In this document: positions 1 to 8,967 of the stretch, piece by piece
How the letters are laid out: every line of letters starts with the position of its first letter
How positions within the stretch are numbered: position 1 is the stretch's first letter
NCBI GenBank assembly: GCA_018302605.1
Contig: JAGVZN010000010.1
Coordinates: 3,932-63,012, forward strand
Source of the DNA: Candidatus Woesearchaeota archaeon
GTDB lineage: Archaea > Nanobdellota > Nanobdellia > Woesearchaeales > GW2011-AR9
Reading direction: 5' to 3'
DNA length: 59,081 nt
Translations under genes and position numbers: made by a program
The notes under the pieces: generated by a model
Seen by the model: the letters and a program-made list of their open reading frames with translations, nothing else
Told to the model about the DNA's origin: nothing
The model's database searches: none

Positions 1-98
1 TCAATCCTGATCTTCCAGAAAGTTTAAGAATATCTTTTGTTGGTGGGTCTTGGGACACTTTCATTCCTTTAGAACTACGTTTAGAGAAGTTTGAATAA
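1..98 (+). CDS. Possible 3' end of a CDS entering from the left edge (..NPDLPESLRISFVGGSWDTFIPLELRLEKFE*)
   Basis: Open frame from position 3 to TAA at 96-98; the stop lies inside hairpin element A1. Confidence 0.3.
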   Translation, partial: NPDLPESLRISFVGGSWDTFIPLELRLEKFE

Positions 99-202
99 TT
101 CAATTATTGATCTACAAACTTCTCAAGAGAATTTGAAATAGTCGTAATTTTGGTCTGAAATAAACAATCCATCTGCAAAATTACTATTTTTCAAACTTCT
201 CT
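83..202. mobile_element. Hairpin mini-element (MITE-like), family A copy 1
   Basis: Terminal inverted repeat AGAGAAGTTTGAA/TTCAAACTTCTCT; close homolog at 49502-49684; CTTTAGAA repeated at 67-74 and 201-208. Confidence 0.75.
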
Positions 203-254
203 TTAGAATAAGATCTTTTGGGAGGGATTCTAGTCAATTTCTATTAGCACAATC

Positions 255-262
255 TTTATATA
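255..262 (+). promoter_or_regulatory. TATA box of secF-secD
   Basis: TTTATATA 24 nt before the ATG at 287; the same spacing recurs at many genes in the window. Confidence 0.6.
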
Positions 263-286
263 TCCACTATCCTCCCCGCTCCACCA

Positions 287-1213
287 ATGAACGAATTCCT
301 GAAAAGGATTTATGAACAAAAGTATAAAACACTTCTTCTCTTTCCGCTCTTGTTGATCGTCCTTGCTCTTCTTCAAATTGGCGTGCAGACGGCAGCAACC
401 GGCGACTTCGTGAATAAAGGCATCACGCTCAAAGGCGGCTCAACGATCACCTTGACATCGAGTTCTACCTTTTCGATGGGTACGGTGGAGATTGAAGCGT
501 TGGAAAATATTCTGCGGGAGACTTTTTCTCAAGCGGAAATCGATGTACGCACACTCAGCTCCCTCGGAGAAGTTACCGCGATCATCGTTGATTCTGATTA
601 TCAGCAACGCGAGGAAATCGATCCACTGGTCTCCGCGCTGTTAAAAGAGTTGCCTGTCGGTGAAGAGAATACCAGCGTTGAAATCATCGGCTCAGCGCTC
701 GGCGAGAGCTTTTTCAGAGAAACAGTTTATGCGTTATTGGCCGCATTTATCTTGATGGGTATTGTTGTTTTCATTTCTTTCCGGACGCTGATCCCCAGCG
801 CGACAGTCATTGCTGCGGTGCTTTCTGACATTATCGTGACCCTGGCGGTCTTTAACCTTACCGGGATTAAGTTAAGCACGGCAGGCATCGCTGCTTTCCT
901 CATGCTCATTGGCTATTCCGCCGATACAGACATCTTACTGAATACACGCGTCCTGAAGCGCAAAGATGGCCCGGTGATGGAACGGGTGTATGGCGCGATT
1001 AGGACAGGAATGACGATGACCCTGACCACATTGGCAGCATTGACCGTGGCGCTGTTTTTTGTCCAGTCGGACGTGATCAAGCAGATCATGATTATTTTAC
1101 TGATCGGCCTGATCGTCGACATAATCATGACCTGGATTCAGAACGTGGGATTACTGCGCTTATATCTGGAGAGGAAAGAAAAGAAAAAAGGTGTTGTCCA
1201 TGGCCAAATTTAA
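287..1213 (+). CDS. secF: Protein translocase subunit SecF
   Basis: GITLKGG motif, IGSALG, AAFLMLIGYSADTDILL, six TM helices; adjacent to secD. Confidence 0.92.
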   Translation: MNEFLKRIYEQKYKTLLLFPLLLIVLALLQIGVQTAATGDFVNKGITLKGGSTITLTSSSTFSMGTVEIEALENILRETFSQAEIDVRTLSSLGEVTAIIVDSDYQQREEIDPLVSALLKELPVGEENTSVEIIGSALGESFFRETVYALLAAFILMGIVVFISFRTLIPSATVIAAVLSDIIVTLAVFNLTGIKLSTAGIAAFLMLIGYSADTDILLNTRVLKRKDGPVMERVYGAIRTGMTMTLTTLAALTVALFFVQSDVIKQIMIILLIGLIVDIIMTWIQNVGLLRLYLERKEKKKGVVHGQI

Positions 1214-2792
1214 GAGAATTCTTACTCATTGGCGGGTACTTCTCTTACTGATCTTTGTCGTATTTTCCTTGGTGGCGATCCAACCGCACTTTGGCAGCGT
1301 TGATGGCGTTGCTGTCCGCAGCGTGTCTCATAATTCTTCCGCGGCCAATGCGGGAATGACTAATCCTGCTCCTACGCTGCAGCCATTGGCGAAAGAACGT
1401 ATCCTTTCGGTTAACGGAAAAGTAGTGCATTCAGTCAGTGATTTTTATGCTATCGAACAGGCACTGCAATTGAACAGCAGTGTGCGCATCAAGACAAATC
1501 AGCAGACATATACGGCCCTCGCCGCGTTAGGGGATGATGGGGCTGTTGATCTAGGATTAAAAGTGTACGCTGCGCCATCCAGTAATCTGCGGAAAGGCTT
1601 GGATCTGGAAGGCGGGACACGTGTGTTGCTCAAACCCCAGGAGGAGATCTCTTCCGAAGAATTGGAATTGACGATCGGCAGCCTAAAAGAGCGCTTGAAC
1701 GTCTATGGTCTGAGCGATATTGTCGTGCGAGAGTCTAGCGATCTCAGCGGAGGCCAATATATCCTGATTGAGATGGCCGGTGTCACCGAAAATGAAGTTC
1801 GTGAACTGCTGGCGAAGCAAGGGAAATTTGAAGCAAAAATCGGAAACGAATCTGTTTTCCTCGGCGGAAAGAAAGATATTACCTACGTCTGCCGTAGTGC
1901 GGAATGTTCTGGTATCGATGCGTTTCAAGGCTGCAGTCAGGGCGGTGATGGTTATTACTGCCGCTTCTTTTTTGCCATAACTTTAAGTCCGGAAGCTGCA
2001 GAACGACAAGCAGCTGCGACAAAGAATTTAGGGTTGGCAGTGGCAACAGATTCCTCCGGCAGCTACTTGGATCAGGATTTGATTCTGTATCTTGATGATG
2101 TCCAAGTCGACCAGCTGAGGATCGGCGCCGAATTGCGAGGAAAGGTGACGACAAATGTCCAAATTTCCGGGTCAGGCACCGGTCGGACGGAACAAGAAGC
2201 GGTCAGTAATTCTTTGGAAAACATGAAACGCCTGCAGACGGTAATCATTACAGGAAGTCTGCCCGTGAAGCTGGAGGTGGTCAAATTAGATACGATCTCC
2301 CCCACGTTGGGGCGGGAATTCTTACATAATGTACTGCTCGTTGGCGCTTTGACTTTACTGTCAGTGGTCAGCGTCGTCGTCTGGCGTTACCGCAAAGTAA
2401 ATGTTGTCCTGCCAATGATCTTCATCCTGCTGTCCGAACTGATTATGATCCTGGGCTTTGCCGCTCTCGTCGGCTGGAATCTGGACCTGGCTGCCATTGC
2501 GGGAATCATCATCGTTATCGGAACGGGTGTAGACCATCTGATCATCATTACGGACGAGACGCTGCGCGGAAAGGACGAGACAAATTGGAAGCAGCGAATC
2601 AAAGGAGCGATGTCCATCGTTTTTGGGGCATTTTTTACGGTTGTCGCCGCAATGATTCCGCTGTTTTCTGCTGGTGCCGGGCTGTTGAAAGGATTTGCCC
2701 TGACCACCATTGCCGGCGCGATGTTCGGCGTCCTGATCGCCCGTCCGGCGTACGCAGCGATCATCGAGATTTTGGAGAGGGATAAGAATTAG
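1200..2792 (+). CDS. secD: Protein translocase subunit SecD
   Basis: LRKGLDLEGG, ERLNVYGL, TGSLPV, ISPTLG, IAGIIIVIGTGVD, LKGFALTT motifs; ATG at 1200 overlaps the secF end. Confidence 0.93.
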   Translation: MAKFKRILTHWRVLLLLIFVVFSLVAIQPHFGSVDGVAVRSVSHNSSAANAGMTNPAPTLQPLAKERILSVNGKVVHSVSDFYAIEQALQLNSSVRIKTNQQTYTALAALGDDGAVDLGLKVYAAPSSNLRKGLDLEGGTRVLLKPQEEISSEELELTIGSLKERLNVYGLSDIVVRESSDLSGGQYILIEMAGVTENEVRELLAKQGKFEAKIGNESVFLGGKKDITYVCRSAECSGIDAFQGCSQGGDGYYCRFFFAITLSPEAAERQAAATKNLGLAVATDSSGSYLDQDLILYLDDVQVDQLRIGAELRGKVTTNVQISGSGTGRTEQEAVSNSLENMKRLQTVIITGSLPVKLEVVKLDTISPTLGREFLHNVLLVGALTLLSVVSVVVWRYRKVNVVLPMIFILLSELIMILGFAALVGWNLDLAAIAGIIIVIGTGVDHLIIITDETLRGKDETNWKQRIKGAMSIVFGAFFTVVAAMIPLFSAGAGLLKGFALTTIAGAMFGVLIARPAYAAIIEILERDKN

Positions 2793-2844
2793 CTGGAAGT
2801 AATCACTGCATCTTTCTTCATTACTATTCTTTAAACTCATCTAT

Positions 2845-3348
2845 TCAATTTTTTTTACTCAATAATTGAAGAACATACGGAATGATCAACACCAGCGAAA
2901 AGACAGCAGCAATCAGCCAAGGATTCTGCAGATCTGATGCAGTCTCCAATTTTTTGATAAATTCATTGGCGATGAACACGACGACAATCATGTTTGCTGC
3001 CGCAATCAACGGGATGAGAATACTTGCCCAGATGTGATGCTTCTGTTCCAGATGGCCAATATCAGTAATCAAATGTTTGTACAGGAAGCCGATCGTTCCT
3101 GCGAGGAGGACGATGATGCTGTACAGTAAAGCATCGTGAAAGACGAGGAGGAAAGGGATGAGCACCAGCGAGACAATAAAATTAGCGAAAATAATGACAA
3201 TTAGCGCACTCCAAAAAACAATTTTAGAAAAATGAGTATCGTAAGGGCGAGGAACATTGACAAAACGTTCTGCCCGGGCAATCTCACGTTCATTCCAACC
3301 TTTCTTTTGCAGGGAAGCGGGCTGGACATTCTTGGTCTGGGGAGTCAT
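2845..3348 (-). CDS. Hypothetical 4-TM membrane protein coupled to MinD
   Basis: 167-aa ORF with four hydrophobic segments; start overlaps the MinD stop. Confidence 0.7.
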   Translation of the reverse strand: MTPQTKNVQPASLQKKGWNEREIARAERFVNVPRPYDTHFSKIVFWSALIVIIFANFIVSLVLIPFLLVFHDALLYSIIVLLAGTIGFLYKHLITDIGHLEQKHHIWASILIPLIAAANMIVVVFIANEFIKKLETASDLQNPWLIAAVFSLVLIIPYVLQLLSKKN

Positions 3349-4061
3349 AAGGAATGCTGTAAGGTGATATGTTCAGCGATGGTGTTGAACGCGCGGGCAG
3401 AACGCGAGCGTGGATAGAGATAGTTTAATGGCATCTGGCGATGAAGTGATTTTCGCATCTTGCGGTCGTAGCGGATTTCAGCGATGATCGGATATCCCAC
3501 AATCTCTTCTACTTCCCGTCTGCTGAGCTCAAACCGGCCGCCGTGCGACATATTCAAGACAACTCCGGTGATCGTGTTATTATATGATTTTGCCAATTGA
3601 ATCGTCTTTAATCCGTCCATGACCGAACTGAGTGTCGGGTTGACTACCAAGAGCGCTTCATCGCTATTCTTGAGGATCTGGCTGACTTCGTAGCCTAGGC
3701 CACTAGGACAATCGACTAGAACAACATCAGAAACTTTGTTAAGATGTTCAAAAATCTTGTCAATCTTTTGCGGATTTGTCTTCTGAAACTCGCTGTATGA
3801 GGGGGAGGAAGGGACGAGCGAGAGACCGCTTTCGTGGAGATAGAGAACTTCTTTAAGGCTTTTTTCCTTGCGGATAAATTTGTTTAATGTGCCCTCCGGA
3901 GAGATTAATCCCAAGTGCAGGGCAAGATTAGGGGTGACCAGATTACCATCGACGAGAACGACCCGTTTTCCGAGATTGATCAAAGCTTGGCCAATATTGA
4001 GAGTACTGGTTGTCTTTCCCACACCTCCTTTCCCTGATACGATTGCGATAAATTTTGTCAT
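3345..4061 (-). CDS. minD: MinD/ParA-family ATPase
   Basis: Deviant Walker A SGKGGVGKTT, VVLVD, LVDCPSG; probable start MTKFI at 4061. Confidence 0.88.
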   Translation of the reverse strand: MTKFIAIVSGKGGVGKTTSTLNIGQALINLGKRVVLVDGNLVTPNLALHLGLISPEGTLNKFIRKEKSLKEVLYLHESGLSLVPSSPSYSEFQKTNPQKIDKIFEHLNKVSDVVLVDCPSGLGYEVSQILKNSDEALLVVNPTLSSVMDGLKTIQLAKSYNNTITGVVLNMSHGGRFELSRREVEEIVGYPIIAEIRYDRKMRKSLHRQMPLNYLYPRSRSARAFNTIAEHITLQHSL

Positions 4062-4194
4062 ATAACCTCTTTGGTCAGTGTTCTGCACACTGCGTGTGCT
4101 TAGTTAATGATAGAAGGGTATTTAATATTTTTGGCGTAGGAGAGTTTAGGTTGCAACGGAATCGGGGAAAGATCATGACATTGAAAAGAGATGA

Positions 4195-4668
4195 TTACGC
4201 AAACTCATCGACTTCTTTGCCGACGATCGTATCCCAGGCGTAGCGGAAAAATTGATGAACATATTTCTCGCAATTAACCAAGTTATCAATATTAACTTCT
4301 GCCGTCGAATGTTCAAACTCAACAATCAAGCCGACATGGCGGCGATATTCCTGCCTTCGTTGATGCGGTGCTTTAAGCAGGTTCCTAATAAATGTATAAA
4401 ACTCCAAGTAGCGGGCGATTTCTTTATCTTCCGGGTACTGCTCTCTCATCTTTGTTACACGCAAGCCGGGGCTTTTAGGAAGCACTGCCAAACGGCCTTC
4501 CTCACGGGCTTTTTCTAAGAAAGCTTCGATGATCAAATCAAAAGTGCCAACAAGCCGGTGCAAAGCATTGGTCAGGACATCAACCGTTCGGGTATATTTC
4601 AGGCTGACATAGATAATATGCTCGAGCCGTTTCAGCTCTTCTTTAGCTTCTAATAAATATTCATTCAT
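4195..4668 (-). CDS. Conserved-looking hypothetical alpha-helical protein (paralog of 4725-5198)
   Basis: Clean ORF; shares layout and an E[FY]RR motif with its neighbour. Confidence 0.65.
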   Translation of the reverse strand: MNEYLLEAKEELKRLEHIIYVSLKYTRTVDVLTNALHRLVGTFDLIIEAFLEKAREEGRLAVLPKSPGLRVTKMREQYPEDKEIARYLEFYTFIRNLLKAPHQRRQEYRRHVGLIVEFEHSTAEVNIDNLVNCEKYVHQFFRYAWDTIVGKEVDEFA

Positions 4669-4724
4669 GGGGGGTAGTATCACTGTTTGCTCACGGCGAA
4701 AATTGGTGTGAGGAGTCCTCCTAT

Positions 4725-5198
4725 TTATTCCTTTCTATTAACGATTCTCTCGGCGGTCTGAATCAGCGCTTTGTTGGCATCAAGGTAGCGTCGGATATCA
4801 GGAACCGTCACTTGCTGGATCGTGAAGTCTTTGTCACAGATCATCAGGCGGTCTTCCCGGCGGAATTCAATCAGACTGCGCTGATGAAGTAGGAGGAGGG
4901 TTTGCACGATGTCAATAGCTTGTACCAGTTCAGGGTCAATCTTGTTTCGGCGTACGGATTTATAGCGGAAAAGATTGAATTTACTTTGGAAATCATCGAG
5001 AAAATGGGGGACAAGCTGGAGCTGTCTTTCATAGGAAAGGATGGCATTGATGGAATATTCCATAGATTGATGGATGTTGGAAAGAACCGCGAGGAGAATT
5101 TTGGGATCTTTGAGAAAAGGATGAGTTACGGTGAGAAGATGGAAAGCAGCATCGTATTGAAACTTCGCCCTGCCTATCGCTTCCAGATATTTTTCCAT
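4725..5198 (-). CDS. Hypothetical alpha-helical protein (paralog of 4195-4668)
   Basis: Clean ORF from MEKYLEA; TATA-like box upstream; EFRR motif. Confidence 0.65.
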   Translation of the reverse strand: MEKYLEAIGRAKFQYDAAFHLLTVTHPFLKDPKILLAVLSNIHQSMEYSINAILSYERQLQLVPHFLDDFQSKFNLFRYKSVRRNKIDPELVQAIDIVQTLLLLHQRSLIEFRREDRLMICDKDFTIQQVTVPDIRRYLDANKALIQTAERIVNRKE

Positions 5199-5242
5199 TG
5201 ATGATATCAAGAGAAAGAAGTATAAAAATTTATGTGTTAGTT

Positions 5243-5444
5243 GTACGTATTAAGTCTGTGCCGGGGCAGGTCGGCCTGCCTCGTCTCGCTCAGAAGCAGA
5301 GATCAGTTGAACAGAAGAATTATTCTCGAAGATAAGCGAGAATCTAACTTTTAGTTCAATAGCAACGCTCGGCAGGCCATCTTGACCAAGCCCGCACAGA
5401 CTTAACTTAATACCAAGCCCGCACAGACTTAACTTAATACGTAT
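5243..5444. mobile_element. Hairpin mini-element, family B copy 1
   Basis: TIR GTACGTATTAAG/CTTAATACGTAT; perfect 8-bp TSD TGTTAGTT (5235-5242 and 5445-5452); internal 27-bp tandem duplication; homolog at 40391-40566. Confidence 0.88.
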
Positions 5445-5781
5445 TGTTAGTTAAATCCAAAATTGCTTCAGCCAGATCACCCTGATGCTTTTTGATGGCT
5501 TCTTTGGCTGCTGTCTGATCAACACCGGCCTGATCCATGACTGCTTGAATATCTTCTGCAGAAATTTCCGGCATCGTCGAGAGGTTGCGTTCTTCAATAG
5601 TCCCGGAGATCTGGAAAGTTTCCTGCCCCATCATATTGACTTTGGCAACAGAAGGAGAGGTGATCACAATCTCTTTGTCCTCGGTGCGGATAATCACTTC
5701 CGTGGCGGGAATGTCTACCTGTTGGATGCCCATCTGCTTCATCATCTGCTGCATTTTCCGAGGGTTAAGTCCGGGAAGCAT
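5434..5781 (-). CDS. nac: Nascent polypeptide-associated complex protein (archaeal NAC)
   Basis: NPRKMQQMMKQMGI N-terminus, NAC domain, C-terminal UBA-like domain (EDIQAVMDQAGV..GDLAEAI). Confidence 0.93.
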   Translation of the reverse strand: MLPGLNPRKMQQMMKQMGIQQVDIPATEVIIRTEDKEIVITSPSVAKVNMMGQETFQISGTIEERNLSTMPEISAEDIQAVMDQAGVDQTAAKEAIKKHQGDLAEAILDLTNNTY

Positions 5782-5786
5782 GGTTC

Positions 5787-5957
5787 TCAGCTGAGGAGTC
5801 TTCCCCCAAAATAATTCAAAAGAATAAGAGCGACGATCACCAAAGCAATAAGAATGATCACACCTTTCGGAGAAATTTCCAGCTTGGAATGATATTCCTC
5901 AGTAAAACGGGTCAGTCCTCCCTGTCCGGAAGGCAAGCGTATGGGATCGTTGGCCAT
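5787..5957 (-). CDS. secG: Preprotein translocase subunit Sec61beta/SecG (56 aa, absent from the ORF track)
   Basis: MANDPIRLPSGQGGLTRFTEEYHSKLEISPKGVIILIALVIVALILLNYFGGRLLS: GL.RF.E motif, ISP, then one TM helix. Confidence 0.88.
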   Translation of the reverse strand: MANDPIRLPSGQGGLTRFTEEYHSKLEISPKGVIILIALVIVALILLNYFGGRLLS

Positions 5958-6001
5958 GGGTGGTTAATTTAGGCAGGATTTTATAAAGATTTCGGGAGGA
6001 A

Positions 6002-6054
6002 GTACGTATTGAGTTCAGTTTTAGTGCTTACCAACGAGTAAACTTAATACGTAC
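6002..6054. mobile_element. Internally deleted family B element (53 bp)
   Basis: GTACGTATTGAGTT ... AACTTAATACGTAC; flanks GGAGGAA/GGAGAAA resemble a degenerate TSD. Confidence 0.7.
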
Positions 6055-6074
6055 GGAGAAAATAATAACTGTCT

Positions 6075-6761
6075 CTACAATCTCACTGCTTTAATTGCCA
6101 GATAGGGTACTTCCATTCCACTGGAATTTACTGGTGCGGTCATTTTTTCAACGCTAAAGCCGGCGCTTTCCAGAATATCTTGATAATCCTGCTTTGTCCA
6201 GTAATGATCAATAAACTCAAATTCGTGTTCTCCTTTAATCTGAGCCAAAATTGGATCTCCGCCTCTTCCGGTAAAGCCTGGCGCCTGGTGGACACTGATA
6301 TAATCGCTTTCGTAAGGCAAAGCCACGGCATTAGACGTAACTGCGACGTACGTACTGCCCGGAAGAAGCAGCCTGGCAATCGTGTTGTGGATCTCTACGA
6401 GTCCTTCTCTCGTCGGCACTTCCATCAGCACACAACAAGTGAAAGCAGCGGTGCAATGTTCAGAATATTCCCCCAGACGAGCATCGCTGGTATGATAATA
6501 TTCTATTCCCGGGGAAGGGAGTGATTCAGCAATGGCCAGCATCTGTTTGTTTCTTTCAACGCCCAGCACACGATAAGCCCTCCATTGGTGCAAGAGACGG
6601 GACGACCGCCCTGTGCCGCAGCCGAAATCCAAGACCAGCTTTTCTTCCAGATCTCCAAACATCCGTCTGGCGACGGCGAGAACTGTATCCATTTCTGGGA
6701 TGGAAATTTCAGCTGTCTGTTGATATGTTTTAGCTGTTTCTGTCGTATACGTTGTGACCAT
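6075..6761 (-). CDS. Class I SAM-dependent methyltransferase
   Basis: VLDFGCGTG motif I; start moved to the ATG at 6761 because the longer ORF overlaps the RNase P RNA. Confidence 0.85.
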   Translation of the reverse strand: MVTTYTTETAKTYQQTAEISIPEMDTVLAVARRMFGDLEEKLVLDFGCGTGRSSRLLHQWRAYRVLGVERNKQMLAIAESLPSPGIEYYHTSDARLGEYSEHCTAAFTCCVLMEVPTREGLVEIHNTIARLLLPGSTYVAVTSNAVALPYESDYISVHQAPGFTGRGGDPILAQIKGEHEFEFIDHYWTKQDYQDILESAGFSVEKMTAPVNSSGMEVPYLAIKAVRL

Positions 6762-6780
6762 CGTCTTTCGTTTAAAAAGG

Positions 6781-7189
6781 TTGGTAGAGTGGCATAAGCC
6801 GCCTTCTGTCGGATCCAAAATGATTTCTGTGAATCATCGATGATCCGGGGAAGCATTTGACTAAGCGTTCATTCGAACTTGCACCGGCCAGGTCCACGGA
6901 AACAAGTTTCTGGGACCTTCCTATGATCATTGCCATAGAGCAGGGTTCGCCGTTTCATCGTTCCCATAACCAACGTCAAGGGGTTAACTTGCTGTTTTCG
7001 CAAACAGCTTCGCCATCGTTCCTGCGGGAACCTATCATCCTTAGTTATGGACGTGTCGTTTCTGAGCCAGAGCCACGGGATTTCTCCGTCTTTCATCTGA
7101 AAGTGGCCAGCATTATGAAGTTAATGCCAGACTGGTGGGCGGACTTTCCTGAGTGTTGAGCACCCTGCGCTTCCTGCCACTGCTACCAA
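6781..7189 (-). ncRNA. rnpB: Ribonuclease P RNA
   Basis: Minus strand has CAGGAAAGTCCGCCCACC, GGCTCAGAAACGACAC, GAAACGGCGAACCC, CGCTTAGTCAAATGCT and GACAGAAGGCGGCTTA; P1 pairing TTGGTAGCAGTGGCA/TGCCACTCTACCAA; TATA-like box about 20 nt upstream. Confidence 0.93.
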
Positions 7190-7254
7190 GAGGATATTTT
7201 ATCGGCTATTTTTTAAATGTTTTGGGAGAATTTGGGATCTGGAGTCAATGAGTG

Positions 7255-7398
7255 AATTTTCAGCACTGGCGGTCGGCGAGGCGCAAATGCGACTGGAAGG
7301 AGCATACGCCAAGTAGAGACAAGCTTTTCGACCATCAAGTGCGAAGCACCAGCGAGGAGAAAAGTTGTCCGTCGACCCGCCAGTGTGTGCTGAAAATT
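7255..7398. repeat. Long nested hairpin element (144 bp)
   Basis: AATTTTCAGCAC/GTGCTGAAAATT outer stem; inner ACTGGCGG/CCGCCAGT and GACAAGCTTTTC/GAAAAGTTGTC stems. Confidence 0.65.
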
Positions 7399-7459
7399 TA
7401 AATTAGTGCCCAAAATTACCCCTGATTGAATAGGACAACCATTATCCATCAACTTCAAT

Positions 7460-8152
7460 TCACACCATCTCTACTTTCAATAACAGCTCTTCCATCCCTT
7501 TCTTATGGCCGGCTCCGACTACAACTAATATCTTTTTATCTTTATTTCCACGTACTAATTGGACGAGTTTCCGCACCATATACTTGTTTCGGTCTTCAAT
7601 GAGCGTTTTGTGGAGTGAAGGATAACGCTCTTTGAGATGCTCGATCATCTCGAGCAGTATTTCTTCGGGGGGGACACTGCGCAAGTCAAACTGGCTGATC
7701 TTCCACTTCTTCATCTGTTTCCGCGGCTGGATCAAGCCGAAGAGGATGTCTGAAGCAAAGCGCCCGCGTTCCCTCCAGGTAAAGCCTTTGGAGAATTTTT
7801 GCAAAGTAAGATGAATGGGCTGATCGATCAATGCGATTTGCAGGTTCTGCTTGCGGGCAATTTCCAAGGCAGTCTTCATTTCGGAACCCGGCGAAACTCC
7901 AACGCTTTTTCCTAACTTCTGCTGGATGTAATGGCCGAGGCGGGCGAAGAGGTAGCCTTTAAGCCCGAAGGAGCGCACTTGCTGGAGGTGGGAAGGCTGT
8001 TTATCTCGTCTTTCTCCTTGTAGAAGCACGCTCGCTCGTTGCGAGTCCAATTCTAAAGCGATGATCTGCGGCTGATATTCAGCGACAATTTTCTTCAATT
8101 CTTCGATGCTCTGTCTGGCAATATGCGACGTACCCAGTATCCTCAGATTCAT
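7460..8152 (-). CDS. TraB/PrgY (pheromone shutdown-like) domain protein
   Basis: ILGTSHI, IALELD, PGSEM, ALIDQPI, LIEDRNKYM, VVVGAGH motifs. Confidence 0.88.
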   Translation of the reverse strand: MNLRILGTSHIARQSIEELKKIVAEYQPQIIALELDSQRASVLLQGERRDKQPSHLQQVRSFGLKGYLFARLGHYIQQKLGKSVGVSPGSEMKTALEIARKQNLQIALIDQPIHLTLQKFSKGFTWRERGRFASDILFGLIQPRKQMKKWKISQFDLRSVPPEEILLEMIEHLKERYPSLHKTLIEDRNKYMVRKLVQLVRGNKDKKILVVVGAGHKKGMEELLLKVEMV

Positions 8153-8222
8153 GGCTGTTCGATAACAGAAAAGTATTTAAAGCTACGCTCACTTAAACGG
8201 CATACAGCGAGGTGGATTTACC

Positions 8223-8498
8223 ATGTTGAAGATGAAGAGGGTATCTGAAGCATACGATTTAAAAGTATTCACGGACGGCGGCGATTATTTCGGCGATGTC
8301 GAAGATTGCCTAGTTATGTCTAATAAAGTTTCCGGGTGGAAGATTAAAGCGACGAAAAATTCATTCCTTAGTCGTGTCATCGGCAGTGCGAAAGGTGTGA
8401 TTGTGCCGCATCAGCTGGTCAAAGCGGTGGGTGATATCCTGATCATCTCCAAGACTGCGGTGCCTAGCAGCGGCCATCCCGACGAACCAGAAGAATAA
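8223..8498 (+). CDS. PRC-barrel domain protein (CdpB-like)
   Basis: KVFTDGGDYFGDVED and VIVPHQLVKAVGDILII signature; GAGGTG RBS. Confidence 0.85.
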   Translation: MLKMKRVSEAYDLKVFTDGGDYFGDVEDCLVMSNKVSGWKIKATKNSFLSRVIGSAKGVIVPHQLVKAVGDILIISKTAVPSSGHPDEPEE

Positions 8499-8703
8499 AA
8501 TGATTGATTAGAGTCCACACATGAAATTTCAGAAATACGTTCAAGATCTTCTGCATTACCAATTCTACAACGGTGATCTTGAGGAAGCTGAATACGAATT
8601 ATATGTGGCGGCGTAATGTTTTGGCATGAAGCGCCATCGTTTAGTTTCCAAATTATGCCTGAGAAGAGAAATTATTATATAGGAAAGTTGTTCTTTTCTG
8701 TTG

Positions 8704-8898
8704 ATGATTGATCCTTTGGTCGTACTGGAAGTGATGGTCGCGATCATCGTCGCCCTCTTCTTAGGAAATATTCTTCGGGCTACTTTAAAAATATTATTTT
8801 ATGTATTGATATTTGTCCTGGTGATGGTCTTTGTGTTCGGAGTATCTTATAATGAGATGGTCAGCTGGGTGATGAAAGTAGTGTTGTGGGCGTTTTAA
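8704..8898 (+). CDS. Small hydrophobic membrane protein
   Basis: About 64 aa, two TM segments, TATA-like box upstream. Confidence 0.6.
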   Translation: MIDPLVVLEVMVAIIVALFLGNILRATLKILFYVLIFVLVMVFVFGVSYNEMVSWVMKVVLWAF

Positions 8899-8967
8899 GG
8901 GAATTTCTGTGGTTAAAGAAAAATAATTCAAAAGAAAAAAATAATTCAAAAGAATAAGATAAAAAGC

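Noticed and set aside
6857-7159. ORFs 6857-7159 (+), 6869-7096 (-) and the 5' extension of 6075-6818
   Set aside because: They overlap the RNase P RNA gene and have no protein-like features.
7213-7458. Short ORFs across hairpin elements (e.g. 7213-7458, 40269-40463, 46594-46809, 52951-53154, 56951-57142) and antisense ORFs in core genes
   Set aside because: They are shadow frames lying in repeats or opposite well-supported genes.
8521-8616. ORF ending in ..YVAA* resembling a tmRNA tag
   Set aside because: No tRNA-like domain or tmRNA termini are nearby, and tmRNA is not known in archaea.
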